A stretch of DNA of 60,950 bases, filler included, from Platydemus manokwari (GCA_037951405.1; 5 parts of 5 records of this genome joined end to end with filler, not necessarily neighbours in it), one strand, 5' to 3'. Positions 25,166 through 39,400 are shown, numbered from the whole stretch's first letter. Translations and numbers: made by a program. The notes: generated by a model from the sequence alone, not told the origin.

Positions 25166-28100
25166 TTTCAATTAATGTGGGTTTATTTGCTTAATGTGAA
25201 TTTATTATTATTATTTATTATTATGTAATATATTATATTATAAGGCTTGCAGCTTGCGTGAGTATATTATCCTCACAGTTTCTATAATAAAAGCCTGCGA
25301 CTAAAAAGCAAGTTCGACTTTTTAAAATAAAGTACCATTCAAATTAACATTGTATACAAAATAATACTACACTAGCTGTAAATTGACTTTAACTAGATTT
25401 ATTTAAATAAATGTAATAAGAATCCACTCGAAAAAATTGACTTTTTCAAATTACCAAATTAATTAAAACATCGCATTGATATATATTAGCAACGATCGCA
25501 AACACTATGTCAAAGTTCTGAAATTTGGTTTCTCTGTAATAAACTTAATTACTTTTCAAACCCAATTGTATAAATTATATTTCCATTCTTGTCGCTATTC
25601 TTTCTAATATTTCGCAAAAGTTGGATCAATTCGTTAAATTTCGCTTCATCTAAAATCCTGATCTACTTCTAGAGTTTCAGTTAATTTATTTCTCAGCTAT
25701 TAGAATAAATTATTTAATTTTTCCACCTCGACTTTTTACATATAATTTAAATTATTATAAATTATTGTCGAAATATTTTTATTATTTGCGCATCCTTGTT
25801 TAAACCATTGTTGCTTTATTTCCAAAGGTCTGACAATTTTTTAATTTACTTGTAATTGTATATGGGTATTTTTTATTACATATTTTATAATATTACAATT
25901 TAGAAATTTACATGGTCATATAATGTAATCTGAAGTCCATGTAATCAAATATTGTCAAATTAGACAAATCATCATTAAAGTTCGAGACTTTTCAATAAAA
26001 ATAAAATTTTAATACCACAATGATTCTGAAATTGATTTTCATCTAGCTTCGATTGGTTATCAACTGAAAATGATAACTCCGTTGGAGATCGAACTAGTTT
26101 GAAGTGTGCCAGAGATTTTTATTGTTATATTTTCTTTTATTTGTGCTTCGGAACCCAAAGGAATTTTCATTCATTTTGTCAATTATGTTTTGTAAAATTG
26201 ATTCAATAAATTTAATTGCGATTTGGTTCGTTATTTCTAAATTATGAAAATCTGTGTATAAATTTAGTTATATTTGAATTCAATTTATCTACATTTATCT
26301 CGCAACGATAATATTGATCAACATCATCATATTCAATTCCTAATTTATATTTATAATAAAAGCTTTGTTTAATTTTTCTTCATTCATATCAGTAAAATCA
26401 TATTTAATAAACACCGTATTGTTTTTTATTCGTTGGTAATTAATAATATTAATCTCACTTCTATTAATTTTATTTTATTCTTTTTATATTTATTTCTTAC
26501 CTTCTATTTCTTGAATAAATTTTGAATTACTTTTTTCCTTAACAAATATCGGAATCTTTGAATCAAATTATCATAAAGCATTGCTTATTTTTCATTAAGA
26601 CTATTGTCATGTAAATGCTAGACACTTTGATATATCAACTAAATATGATGCTCGATTTAAATGATTTACAGTAGCCTAATGTTTAACAATGGATAATAGA
26701 TCTAATAAAACATTCGGAGAAGTATTAGAAATATTTATTATTAAGAATCGAATAAAAATTGAATGCAGGCGAAATCAAGCTAAAGATTTTAAAATTGAGA
26801 AAATATCCGAAAATTGAACGTGCAAAATTTAAAGAATTGAAGAATTGTTATGTTTCCGATGGGTTGTATCATTTTAATCTAGATTTATGAATCTAAAGGA
26901 GCTTGATAAATATATGAAAATTAATGAGTTGTCACGAATTCAAATTGGTTGATAAAATGGGATTGTTAATTATTTAAAAAATCTGACTCCAGTATGTGCA
27001 GTTGCTGTTTAATTAATTTAGCACTTTAAATTATAAAAAAAAACTAGAAAGTAAATAATCAACATTACAATAAAATGTAATATATATATATGAGTACAAT
27101 ACAAAGAATGCAATATCAAAAGTTGTTAAATATGAAATAATAAACAACCAGGGCTTTGATTTAAATTATTAGTTTGAATAATTATTGAAAATGCTTTTTA
27201 GGAATAGTTACGGATGTCTTTTATGATTTACGCTGTAATAGCCCAGTTTGCTACTTTAATGATTTTTGATGATTGGATCTCTAAGTGCAAGCAACCACTT
27301 TATGAAATTTCTTTTTAGGTGTTATAAATTATTTAAGGGTGTGTTAAACGGTTTAGATTGTCTATTTATATTGGTTTGATTTTCTTTACTTTTATATTTC
27401 ATTATAATTATTTTTCGATTTTAGTATTTTAATTTTAGTTTGGTTTAGAGAATTGTAATCAATAAATAATTATGTTGGAGATCGGATTGGCACATGAGGT
27501 TCAGAAATAATTGGTAATTGGTCAAAACAATTTCAGTTGGAAAATTTTAAGGAGATACACAAAGTTACTGGATATTTGAAATAGGCTTCAGAAAACTAAT
27601 AATGAAAGAACCACTAAGATTTACTTTGACTAAGATTATGAAGGGACCAAACAGAAATTTAGAATCCTTAATTCGAACTTATTGGAGTTTACCTAGAAGC
27701 TCATTCAAGGAAAATCAAATGGAATAGGATTAAGTAAGAAATATTATTTCTTTTGAATGAACGGAGAATTTGAGAAATACTTTAATATTTGCTTGTTAAC
27801 TTCATATTTAAAATATTTTAAGCTGGAAATCAAATTAAGAAAGTCTTATAAACTATTTTAAATGTATAAATAATTTTCTGATATTTTTCAATTTTTTTAA
27901 TAAAAATCAACTCTATAAAAATTGTTCATCGGGCTTTATATTTCTGATTTTCTTTAATGTTTAAGAGGAGAGAGAAATTTTATTAGAATTATTCACTATT
28001 AAATTGTGAAAACTAATGAGACCACAATTGCTGAATCTTTATTTCTACATCTAGTTAGATCCAAATTTGATTTTTTACAATGATTTCAACGTTTTGGTTA

Positions 28101-28961
28101 ATCAAGGGGTCTAAGTTCCCACCAAAAAAACGAAATCTCTATCCAAATAACATTTTGATTCAAAATATCCTCGTTTAAATGGAATTCAAATAATAATAAA
28201 CATCTTTTCCTCAATTGAACACGCTATTTGTTAAGTAATGAAATTATGCAAGAATCAAAAATTATTCTGCGTAAGGATGTTCAACATTTACTTCCTGACA
28301 TATAAACCTGACCATTGAATCAGATAATTAAAAAAAAATCATCACAGCTGTATTTACATGTGAACCGAATGACCACATTATATTATCAGGACAGTTTATA
28401 ATTTTCTGTCCCAATTTTTGAATCAAATTAATCATACCCTCGTCATTGAGGCTTCTAGTCTACTACTGATGAGAATAACCATCATAGAGATAGAATCCTT
28501 CCAAAAATGAATTTCAATTCATTAACTAAGAAAATTTGAGGTTCTTGTGATTTTGTGACTTTTTAGTTCTGAATGTGAAATTAAACTGTTGATTGTCAGA
28601 TTATTGATTTTATGTAACAAAATTAAAAAAAAATAAATTGCTTTAGAAATAAAAAGATGAGAAATGTAGGAACTGGTATTAGGATAAAGAAATTAATAAG
28701 TTTTAATTAAACTATAGAATATTTCTGTAATTGTCTCAGCAAAAGGAATTCTTGAAAATTTAAGAGCTAAGAAGAGATAACTCAGAAAAATTTAAGATAA
28801 AAAATTTGTTTATGGAGGAAAATTATGAAATAACAAATTAAATTTCAAATGTTTTGTAGAAAATTGTTGCATAGTATCATGTACCTTTTTGCGGAATTAC
28901 CTTTTTAGAAATAGTATGCTTATAGAAAGCAAGAAAACAAAATCACAGTGAAAATGTAGAC

Positions 28962-29377
28962 CAGTAATTCCCAAAGTGGTCCATATCGATCCCCAAGGGT
29001 CGATAAAGACCTGCAATGGGTTTATGTGGGTTAAAAAATTGGGATTCAATGTGAATAATTTTTCAAAAATTGCAAAAAACCGTATAATTGATATAATTTT
29101 AATATTTAAAAAAATTATAAAAATTTAACCGTGCAGCATTATCAAGTCAGGATATTCGCTCGTGGTCTTATATATAATTAATTTAATAATAATAATATAA
29201 ACTGGTAATTGGCCACATATAAATTATATTAAAATGTTTTGTTTTTTTGCTTTTTCACATTATAGGAACTTCGCTACTGTTGAAATTATAATCTTTTACA
29301 GTGTATAGCAAGGGGTCCACCCAAACCCGAAAAACATGGCAAGAAGTCTAAGAGAGAAAAAAGTTTGAGAATCTCTG
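28962..29377. mobile_element. Non-autonomous hAT (Buster/Charlie-type) MITE
   Basis: TIRs CAGTAATTCCCAAAGT ... AGTTTGAGAATCTCTG; 8-bp TSD ATGTAGAC/ATGTAGAT with central TA; subterminal hairpin ATCGATCCCCAAGGGTCGAT. Confidence 0.85.
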
Positions 29378-30137
29378 ATGTAGATCATTAGCTATTTGAA
29401 TTTGTGCTCTTTCCAGTGCATATAGTAATTGGTGCAGAAAGAGTGCTTACAAGACAGATTATATTGATTTAACCAATTGAGTAGAGTAGTTGTTGAATCT
29501 ACACTGGCATGGTTATATTAGTTAAAATATAATATTCCTGTTGAAACAAGTGCATTCATACAATAGGCATTGTAAAGGTGTGGTTTTTAGCTTAAAGGAT
29601 AATTATCTTTTGTTTAAATCTGATAAATAGTGAATTCCTTTTAAGGATGTTGTTTTATTTTTTATCACCATTTCCATTTTATGGTCACTGACCGTTAACT
29701 TCATACTGAATACTTGGTCTTTATTGTTTAACACACTTAAATAAAGTACGAAATCTTCTCACTGTATTTCATTTTCCTAACAGATATAATATTCGTTTCC
29801 ATGGTGAATTTCAAAAGGAGTTATTATTATATTAAAAATCTTAGGTCAAAATAACCACCGAATGAATTTTGTGCTATTAATTTTTATACATTGATCAGAA
29901 TATAAAAATATCATCTAAATTACAGTAACAAATATATATTTAACTTGTTACTTTTGTGTAATTTTTCATCGGTTTCTGGCAAAAGTCAGAACAAGGGATT
30001 TAAAACTGATATATCTTAGCTGTAATATTTCTGTTATCTATTAAATATGATCGAGCGGTTTGTTTTAAAAAGAAGATATTTTCAAAACTTTTCCAATACC
30101 AAATTGAACATCTATCTTATCAATACATATATATATT

Positions 30138-30779
30138 TTATAAAAAATAATGGTTCTTATTATGGTTTCTGTAATAAAATGGATTTGGATTAAATCGATC
30201 TGTCTGATTTGTAGAATCGATATCAACTAATTCCGGGAACAAGTTATTGTTGGAAATGGAATTGTCATTAATTGAATAATTGATCCTCAATTCTGATTGA
30301 CAGTTTTGGTGTACTTGGGTTGCTGATTGATTTGGAGACCATGTCTAAATGGGAATGATATTGGAATATATTAAAAATCATTTCTAGAAAAATACCCGAG
30401 ATATTGAGCACTTGTTAGAAACATGTGGAGAGTAAACATCGTACACTGACCATGGTGGAGGTAAATGGGATCCACTGCCTGTTATATCCTCTACCAAAAT
30501 ACTTTTTAGATATGCAATATAGCCGGCAGCTAATTTCAGTGTGTCGAGTTTTGATAATTTTGTGTCTTTTGGCACCCATGGTAATGCTCCTTTCAAATCA
30601 ATGAAAGCACTCGATAGTACTCTCATACGAGACCTTTCTCGTGAATTGGCTGCACTCCTTTGGGCAAGAGTGCTATTTGCACCGGGTTTGCGGCCTCGAC
30701 GTTTGCCATTCACCGTGAGAAGTGGTGGAGGACATTCGATGATCGCTATTGCAGGCTTTTTACCAGATGATGTTGACAT
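30138..30779 (-). CDS. bHLH transcription factor, TCF21 (capsulin)/musculin (MyoR) family, 2 exons
   Basis: Exons 30779-30396 and 30344-30138 with a 51-bp GT-AG intron in phase 0. The b[55 protein letters not shown] carries the RMRVLS.AF and [15 protein letters not shown] signature of TCF21/MSC. Exon 2 begins TW. Confidence 0.93.
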
Positions 30780-30849
30780 TGGAAATAATATATATAAGTG
30801 GACTTGTTATTATAAAAATTTAAATAAAACTATTAATGATTTATTGCCG

Positions 30850-30895
30850 TAGCCAATCACAAATCAACGATGATGCAACACACCGACCAATTGGA
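30850..30895. promoter_or_regulatory. Putative proximal promoter CCAAT boxes of the bHLH gene
   Basis: AGCCAATCA (CCAAT at 30853) and palindromic CCAATTGG (~30887), 75-115 bp upstream of the ATG. Confidence 0.35.
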
Positions 30896-32820
30896 ATTGA
30901 GAAAGTGATACGAAATCCCGCTGTGAATGTTTATGACCAGTTTTGATTACTTAGTACAAGCACGCACAACACGAGTTCATCTGATGGCACACTGGGAATG
31001 TTTACAACCGATGTCCATATCATGCTGATGAAGTTTCACCATTGTTGTCGAATTGAAATTTGTTTACAGTGAAAGTGTTGCGGTATCGCATACATGAGAG
31101 CAAAACAATGTTTGATTTTCGTCTTTGTCATTGGTAGAATATATATCGTTTTGGTCGAAAAGAATCGTTTAATACTTCCGATTCTGATCTATGAGAAGGA
31201 AATATTTGTCGTGAAATTATAATAGAACATATTTCCAATTTATTTTCACGATACGATCAAGTTCATTTTTAAACATATCCAACTTTCTTTCTCTTTCTTT
31301 TAGGTTATTTTCGATAATTTTCTTCTGCTACACACTAGAGCAAGATTTACATTTTAGAGCCACTTAAATCGGTTAATACTTCGACAGTTTAATTTTTCCA
31401 TCACAGATTTCCATCAGCATAAGAAAGACGCTGTGTAACACCAGAAAAATGTGAAACACCCTGCTGGGGATTAATGATGATGAATTATTGACGATTACAA
31501 TTACGTTGCTGCCAATCATCGTTGTCCATCATTATTTCATTCTGATATGGGAATTCGTTAACAGTCCATTAAAGTTATCGATTTTGCTGTTTTCGAAATC
31601 ACGATCAAATTATTTCCCTTGATCTATTTCCGGCCGTGTGTTTGACCAAGGGAAAAATGGGGTATATCCATTGTCGAGTTGGTCGGTTACATAATATGAA
31701 AGAAAAAGAGAAACAAATTCAAAACGAATCCTTTCGGTCATTCTTGTAATCACGTGCGAGTACTTCGCCAAAATTCGATAGTTGGATATTTGTTTAATCA
31801 AAACATTTGACAACACACAAAAATATCAATATTACGTGTTGTGTAGGCGAACATATCGCTTTGATTATAGGTGGAGATTTATACCGACAAACGAATGAAA
31901 TGTCAACAAGTTTGCGGCATTTGACAAGTTTCACTTGTTCACTCCTTTCATTGCATCACAACTGATAATTTGACTTTATGATTTGTTATCGGAATTATGT
32001 TGTGAGTATTCGATGAAAAGGTTGTTGTGAGAAAATAGCTATGTGTTATTAAAAAGGATATCGGTCTATAAGTTTATGAATTTGTTGTAATAATATTCTA
32101 TAAATTGATTCGAGGTGACTATTAAATGCATAATATATAAATTTATATAAATAAATTGACTTTATTAAGTCGAAATATTTAGATAAGATAGTAGACGAAA
32201 CAAACAAATCAACGATCAGTCAAATAAACGTAATTTTATACCAGGGACGTATTCAGAATTACTCTATAAACTGAAATCTAAAATCAAATAATGAAAGTCA
32301 CTAAGAATATCTCTAATAATATCTCTTTTAATTTATAAATTTAATTTTTCAAGGGAATCACATAAGTTTTCTGCCATTGATTTACTGCACACACTATTTG
32401 CTATAGATATATCAATTGTGATTTATAGAATCCAACTATAATAAAGATCAATTGTCAAAACTGTAGATTTTAATATTTTGTTAATAATTTAAAAAATTAG
32501 ATAAAAAACCAAGAACAATTAGATATTGAATAATGTCAAATGTATATCTCAAATTTTATATGGAAATTTGTGAGATTAAGAATTATGAAATTCATATTGT
32601 TAGAACAACGTTTGCAATATAGCAGTTAACAAGACAGAGATTGTAAAGATAGTGGTTCATGAAAAGTTAAACATGTTTCGTTTGGCAATCTAATAATTGC
32701 TAAATTACTTGTTTGAGAAACCAAGATACAATCGTAAGAGAAGGTCATGACCAAACGCTAACTGGCAATAAAGTTTTTTGTAAAATGGCTGTGGATTCAA
32801 ATCCACTATGTGAGAATTTA

Positions 32821-33380
32821 AAATTGAATTACAATTTTGAAAAATTTTATTTTATATAAAATTATATTGATTTATTATATATATAGATATTAAAATACAT
32901 AATTTGCTGTCGTGTATTTTCAGTTTGTTCTTTGATGTTTGTTTTATAGAATAGGATGGGCTTACAAGGCGACTGGATTCAATTCTGAGAAAATCAATGA
33001 CTGAAAATTATAATAAAGAAAGAGGAGGGTGTTGAGATTATATAGAGACTATATAAGGAAGATGTAGATAAAATATAAAGAAGATTTAGATAAGATCTAA
33101 AAAAGATAGAATAATTAGAGATTTTTTATGTAGATAAATATGTAGAGTATTCGTTACAATGTCAATCCGGAATACAAAGAAAATCAAAGATGTTAAAGAA
33201 ATGCGGGATGTGATAATTTGAAATTGAATTAAGTTTTTTTAGAGATTTAATTTTATATAAAATTATATTAATGTGTTATATTTGTATTTCAATGTATTTT
33301 ATTATATTTAAATACATAATTTGGTTGTTGTGTATTTTCGATGTGTGTTGAATAAAATAGTAACAGCTTACACACTAGGG
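32821..33380. repeat. Degenerate direct repeat, ~400-bp period
   Basis: AAATTGAATT...TTTTATATAAAATTATATT...AAATACATAATTTG...GTGTATTTTC...GCTTACA recurs from 32821 and from 33221. Confidence 0.6.
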
Positions 33381-34779
33381 AGCAAGTTTTTTTGAGAGAT
33401 GTAGTTGATGATGTTTCGGAAACTGTGAATAAAATAGATACCGTGAAACCGGTAGATCAATGGAGTAAGTTTTTATTTTATGAATATTTCAATCCACAAA
33501 TTATCATAACTTTTACAATGAAAAGGTAAACATAATTTATATAACCATTATCTATTAAGTTCAGTGACAACTTTCTTAACACTGGTTACCTTTAATAGTC
33601 ATTTGAACAATGTTATCTGCTTCCTATCTAATATAATTCAGTTTGATCTTTTCATACAACTTTGAAGGTGATAATCTTCAAATCATAACTGCCAATATTT
33701 TATAATAATTTTCTCAAAATAATTCATTGAATCTAATCAATAACAATGGGAAAGTAAATAAATTTCTGACCATGGAAAGCGAAAATCAGCGATGACGTAA
33801 GAAATTCGGATTTTAAATTTATTGGAAATTATTTTGTTATGTTGGTATGAGGTTTGAAATTTTATTGGGTATCATTTGCGTAAATAAATTTCTATCGAAT
33901 TTTTACTCAATATTTCTCAATTTATGATAATGTGAAAACTGTTGGAATCATTATTAATTTTTTTTACTTAAATAAATTGCCGGTGTAAGTTGTGAAGCTC
34001 ATCACAAGAATAATGAGGATGCATATTGAGCAGTGATATTTATTTACAGGTTTTAATTGGTTGTATGAAATTATAATGGAGCCAAAATAATTGTTAATTC
34101 TTTCAAATAAATCCGAATACAAATTATCAATTTATTTGTTATTTGTTCTCTAGTTTTAGTCTTTTGAACAAATCGATAATTTTGAATTATAAGATTTTTG
34201 TTCGACTGCTGATTTAATATGGAATTCTATGGCAATTTTAATGGGGTTAGTTTTTGTCTTTTATTTATTAATCTAAAGAAATTTTAGTAAAAAATGAAGA
34301 GTTAATAATAAAGATTTGTTAAAATGAAATCTAAAATACTAAATTATAATTTAATTAAGGATTTATGGATTTCGATAATTGCGTTGAGTAGAATAATAAT
34401 TTACAAACTCATTGTATGCCGTTATGACTGAGATTTCGTTAGCAATTGATAGATTCTTGTAATGTTTTCCCGAATTGATTTAAACATTTTTTCACTTCTA
34501 ATCATTTTTAAAAAGTTACATCTTTTCCGAAATGTTGTTTCTCATAAGACAGCCTTTTTCAGAAACCTAATTACCGTGCTTAAGGATGGGAAACCATATT
34601 GATTAATAAATGATATTGATAATGCCTAATTTTTATCTTGTTATCACTTATTGCTTCAAGTAAATTAATTGTTGAGTTTTCCCAACAAAATTCCGACTCT
34701 TAGTAATAATTAGTTTGCGTGTAAATATGGATTTGATGTAAATAATAACTATTTAGTAGGAGTTAGAATAATCAGAATA

Positions 34780-35155
34780 TATTGGGGTGGTGCATAAATT
34801 CATGTGGCTTTATTTGTTGCTACGAAAACCTACCAACTTCTTGTTTTAACTGATTTGAGTTATATTCATTCAGCTGAATTATCGATTTAAATAATTTTAT
34901 ACTAACTTTCACTTTCATTACCTTCATTAAAATGAAGTGTCAAGTAGATAAAATGAAGATTTCCGGTATCTACTTCTTTTCTATTTTAACCATCATTTAA
35001 ATGCTGCAGAAGCCATCAGAATGATTGGTTGTGTTTATGAAGAATAGGCAGTCAGTGAACGAACAGCACAGGAGTGGTTTTCAAAATTTAACAGTGGAAA
35101 TTTTCATTTAAACGATGCACCATGGTCAGGGCGACCTAGCCACTTTGATGAATAA
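34780..35155 (+). mobile_element. mariner transposon, 5' fragment (TIR plus defective N-terminal HTH of the transposase)
   Basis: TA-TTGGGGTGGTGCATAAATT TIR-like start. From ATG 34932, with one frameshift and one stop: MKCQVDK..DFRYLLLFYFN...AAEAIRMIGCVYEE*AVSERTAQEWFSKFNSGNFHLNDAPWSGRP, typical of the mariner N-terminus. Confidence 0.85.
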
Positions 35156-36268
35156 TACACAAAAATGGATTGCGATTTTAATTCTCAACTTAATCTGATC
35201 CTTTCATAAAATTTGGCAGTGTTTGAATTTAGTATATATATATGACAATATGAATAATTAAGGTCATAGAATAAAATATTCCTATTTTCTTGAAAAATAA
35301 ATAATAATAATAATAAAATAACTCCAAATTATTATTAAAAAAAACATAAGATAAAAATACAACAGAAGATTTTAATGACATATTATATTTAATATAAATG
35401 ATCATCACTAATTAAGATTTCTTGAATTTTATAAAAAACACAATACTACAATGAATTCAATGGTCTGAAAAATACATAAATTTATCGCAAATATAATTTA
35501 CAATATTCAAGAGATACAATGTACAAGGCCTTTCGATTAAAGGACTCAAACGTGACAAACTAAATAGGAAGTCACTATATTTGAAAAAAAATGAAAGAAG
35601 GAGATTTAATCAATAAGATTCTTATCTATTTAGAATAAGTACAAGACTATAAAAATAATGGTGGACATTTTAAAAAAAATAAAATTTACGTTTCATGTCT
35701 CCTTAATATTCTTCAGAGAATATAATTGGAAAATACTAATGGAAAAAATTTAATTGGATCCTTTTATTGAACCAAAATTTAACTTCTGATAATTTAACAA
35801 TAATACTTGACAGTATCGTAATAACATAATCTTGAAATATTATCAATTTTATGAGTGAAATTGTGATAACATTGTGTTTACATATCATTTTTAAGCTCAT
35901 CTGTCTCAATGGTGTGTGAAATTATTTTTTTAACTTTCAATAATTTAACTCTTAACACGTCAGTTACTAAATTTAGCATCAATATACTGGTTCTTTACTG
36001 TATGTTAATAAACTTGGTTTTAATAATGACGTTGTAAAATTAGATTTTGTTAAACATTTTTGGTTATGAGAAATTTTCTTAGTGACCTTCAGGTCATTTA
36101 AACAAAATTTAAAAAGTATATGTTGTGTTAAAAAAATTGTTTTATTTTATTTTACATTTTTTAAATATTTTTAATACTTTAATTTCATATATTTTTACTC
36201 TTAATTTAGGGTGTCTCCATACCTCGGTATACATTTGAATTGTGTATAAATCTATTGTTATAATCATG

Positions 36269-36368
36269 NNNNNNNNNNNNNNNNNNNNNNNNNNNNNNNN
36301 NNNNNNNNNNNNTTAATTAATTAANNNNNNNNNNNNNNNNNNNNNNNNNNNNNNNNNNNNNNNNNNNN
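36269..36368. other. Assembly spacer (N44-TTAATTAATTAA-N44)
   Basis: Same artificial linker. Confidence 0.97.
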
Positions 36369-36463
36369 CTAATGATTAAATTCGATGTTCACATTTGAAT
36401 CATTAAATATTAAATTTTAGTAACACATTGTTTTAATAATCCTGAATTAATTTAGAAATTTTA

Positions 36464-39400
36464 ATGAAGGTAATAAATTGAATTATCTAATGTTTTAGTT
36501 TTACTTTATTATTAAATTCTTCATAATTATTAAATATAATTAATAATTTGATATTCGAATATCTTTAGAATCGATACTTCAAAAAGTCCGACACAAATAT
36601 AGTTGAACCAAAATCAAACAATGAAATTTTTGACGAGACTAATGAAATCAATGAAGAAAAATTATTAAGATTGAGAAAGAATGATTTAATTGATCAAGTT
36701 TATGGATTTGAATTACATAACAGTGCAAAAATTCGCACGGGATGGCTGATAAATATGAAACCTACGGACACCATTGATGAAAATAAGCGTTTAGTGAGTG
36801 CAATGGTCTACTATTTTATGGAAGAAGATGGTTCACGTTTCAAATCCGTATTGATGTTTCAACCATATTTTTGTATTGTGATGAAGCCAAAACAGGAAAA
36901 TGAAATCCAAACTTATTTGATGAAAAAATATCCCAATCATATTTCGAAATTGGAAATTGTTGAAAAGGAAGACTTGGATTTGGACAATCATTTGATTGGT
37001 TTGAAGAAAACATTGATCAAAATATCATTCTATACAATCGATGATTTGATAAAGGTTCGTAAAGAACTGATGCCAAGGATCAACAAAAACAAGAAAACAT
37101 TGGAAAATGCCAGTGCTTATTCCAACATGTTGTCAGAACATTTTGAACGAAATAATGCAGAACATAATGCCGATAATCGACCAATGAATGATTGTATGGA
37201 TGATATAATTGATATTCGCGAATACGATGTGCCTTATCACATTCGCGTATCGATCGATATGGCAATATTTGTTGGCAAATGGTATAATGTTCATGGTGTT
37301 GGCAAATATACAACGATACGCATCAATGATGCCATCATCAACCATCCGGAACCGGTGGTATTAGCATACGATATCGAAACAACCAAGCTGCCATTGAAAT
37401 TTCCCGACTCATCATACGATCAGATCATGATGATTTCGTACATGATTGATGGGATGGGATTTTTGATTTGCAATCGCGAGATTATCGCCGACGATATCGA
37501 CGATTTCCAGTTTACGCCTCGACCGGAATTTGAGGGCATATTTACCGTTTACAATGAGCCCAACGAGAAACGGACGATCGAGAAATTCTTTGAACACATT
37601 CGAGACGCCAAACCGAATATTTTCGTCACTTATAACGGCGACTTTTTCGATTGGCCATTCGTTGAGAATCGGGCCGTGTTTCACGGGTTGGACATGATGG
37701 ATCAGATTGGATTTGGCAAGGACAATCAGAATGAATACAAATCTCGTAGCGCGATTCATATGGATTGTTTCAAATGGGTTCAACGGGACAGTTATTTGCC
37801 CATTGGAGCACAGGGATTGAAAGCTGTTTGCAAGGCCAAGCTCCGTTATGATCCCGTTGAGGTGGATCCGGAAGAAATGTGCAAATTGGCCCGTGAAGAT
37901 CCGCGTACATTGGCCAATTATTCCGTATCGGATGCCGTAGCAACATATTATCTCTACATGAAATATGTTCACCCGTTTATATTCGCTCTGTGCACAATTA
38001 TTCCCATGGATCCCGATGAAGTGTTGCGTAAAGGCAGTGGCACACTGTGTGAATGTTTATTGATGGTGCAAGCATATAACGGCAATATCGTCTTTCCCAA
38101 CAAACAGGAAGCCAAATTGAACCCATTGACCAATGATGGCCATTTATTGGAATCCGAAACGTATGTCGGTGGTCATGTGGAAGCAATCGAATCGGGTGTG
38201 TTTCGAGCGGATATTGCGACGAAATTTCGTGTGGTGCCGGAAATGTTGCAACATTTACGCCACAATCTCCGTCAAACATTGATCCATGTGTTGGAAGTGG
38301 AAGAGAAAGCCAATCTGGCGGACATCACCAATTTCGACCAAGTCGTCCGTGATATCGATGCCAAATTAGAAAATCTCCAAAACACACCCAATCGATTCGA
38401 ATGTCCAATCATTTATCATCTCGATGTAGCTGCCATGTATCCCAATATTATTCTCTCCAATCGATTACAGCCATCAGCTATCGTGACGGATCAAACGTGT
38501 TCGGCTTGCGATTTTAACGTGCCCAATGCCAAATGCAAACGACCGATGGAATGGAAATGGCGTGGAGAAGTCATGCCAGCAACGAGATCGGAATTCTATC
38601 TCATTCAGAGCCAATTGGAAAAGGAGAAATTCGCACCGAAACGACCCGGCCAACCGATGCGATCGTTTTTCGAGCTCGATAAAACCGAACAGGCAGCTGC
38701 CGAGAGGGATCGATTGGAGAAATATTGCAGAAATGCTTACAAGCGCCGACACGAGACGCGTATTGAAGAGAAAAAATCGATTGTTTGCCAGAAGGAGAAC
38801 TCGTTCTATGTCGATACTGTGCGAGATTTTCGCGATCGGCGATACGAATTCAAAGATCTGACGAAAGTTTACAAGAAAAAAGTCGACGAATTAGTTTCGT
38901 CCAAAGGCGATCCGGCGGAAATCAAGAAAGCCAATGGATTGCTGGTGCTGTATGACTCGTTACAGCTGGCACACAAATGTATTCTCAACTCATTCTATGG
39001 CTATGTGATGCGTAAAGGTGCTCGCTGGTACAGCATGGAGATGGCCGGCATTGTGTGTCTGACAGGAGCATCAATCATCAAGAATGCTCGAGAAATCATT
39101 GAACAGATTGGACGACCGCTTGAACTGGATACTGATGGGATCTGGTGTATTCTGCCGGCCAGTTTCCCCGAAAATATCACATTCCATCAATCAATAACTG
39201 GTGGAATCAATAAGAAACCCAAAATAACCATCTCATATCCAGGCGCAATGCTCAATATCATGGTACAACAGAAATTCACCAACGATCAATATCATGATCT
39301 CATTGATCCTGTCACGCACACGTATCGCATTCGGTCGGAAAATTCGATTTTCTTCGAGGTTGATGGCCCATATAAAGCCATGATTCTGCCAGCATCGAAA

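Noticed and set aside
29795-29808. Second X-box-like sequence GTTTCCATGGTGAA
   Set aside because: Mismatch at the terminal conserved C and located 3' of the bHLH gene; insufficient support.
30541-30852. 103-aa plus-strand ORF
   Set aside because: Antisense shadow of the bHLH exon.
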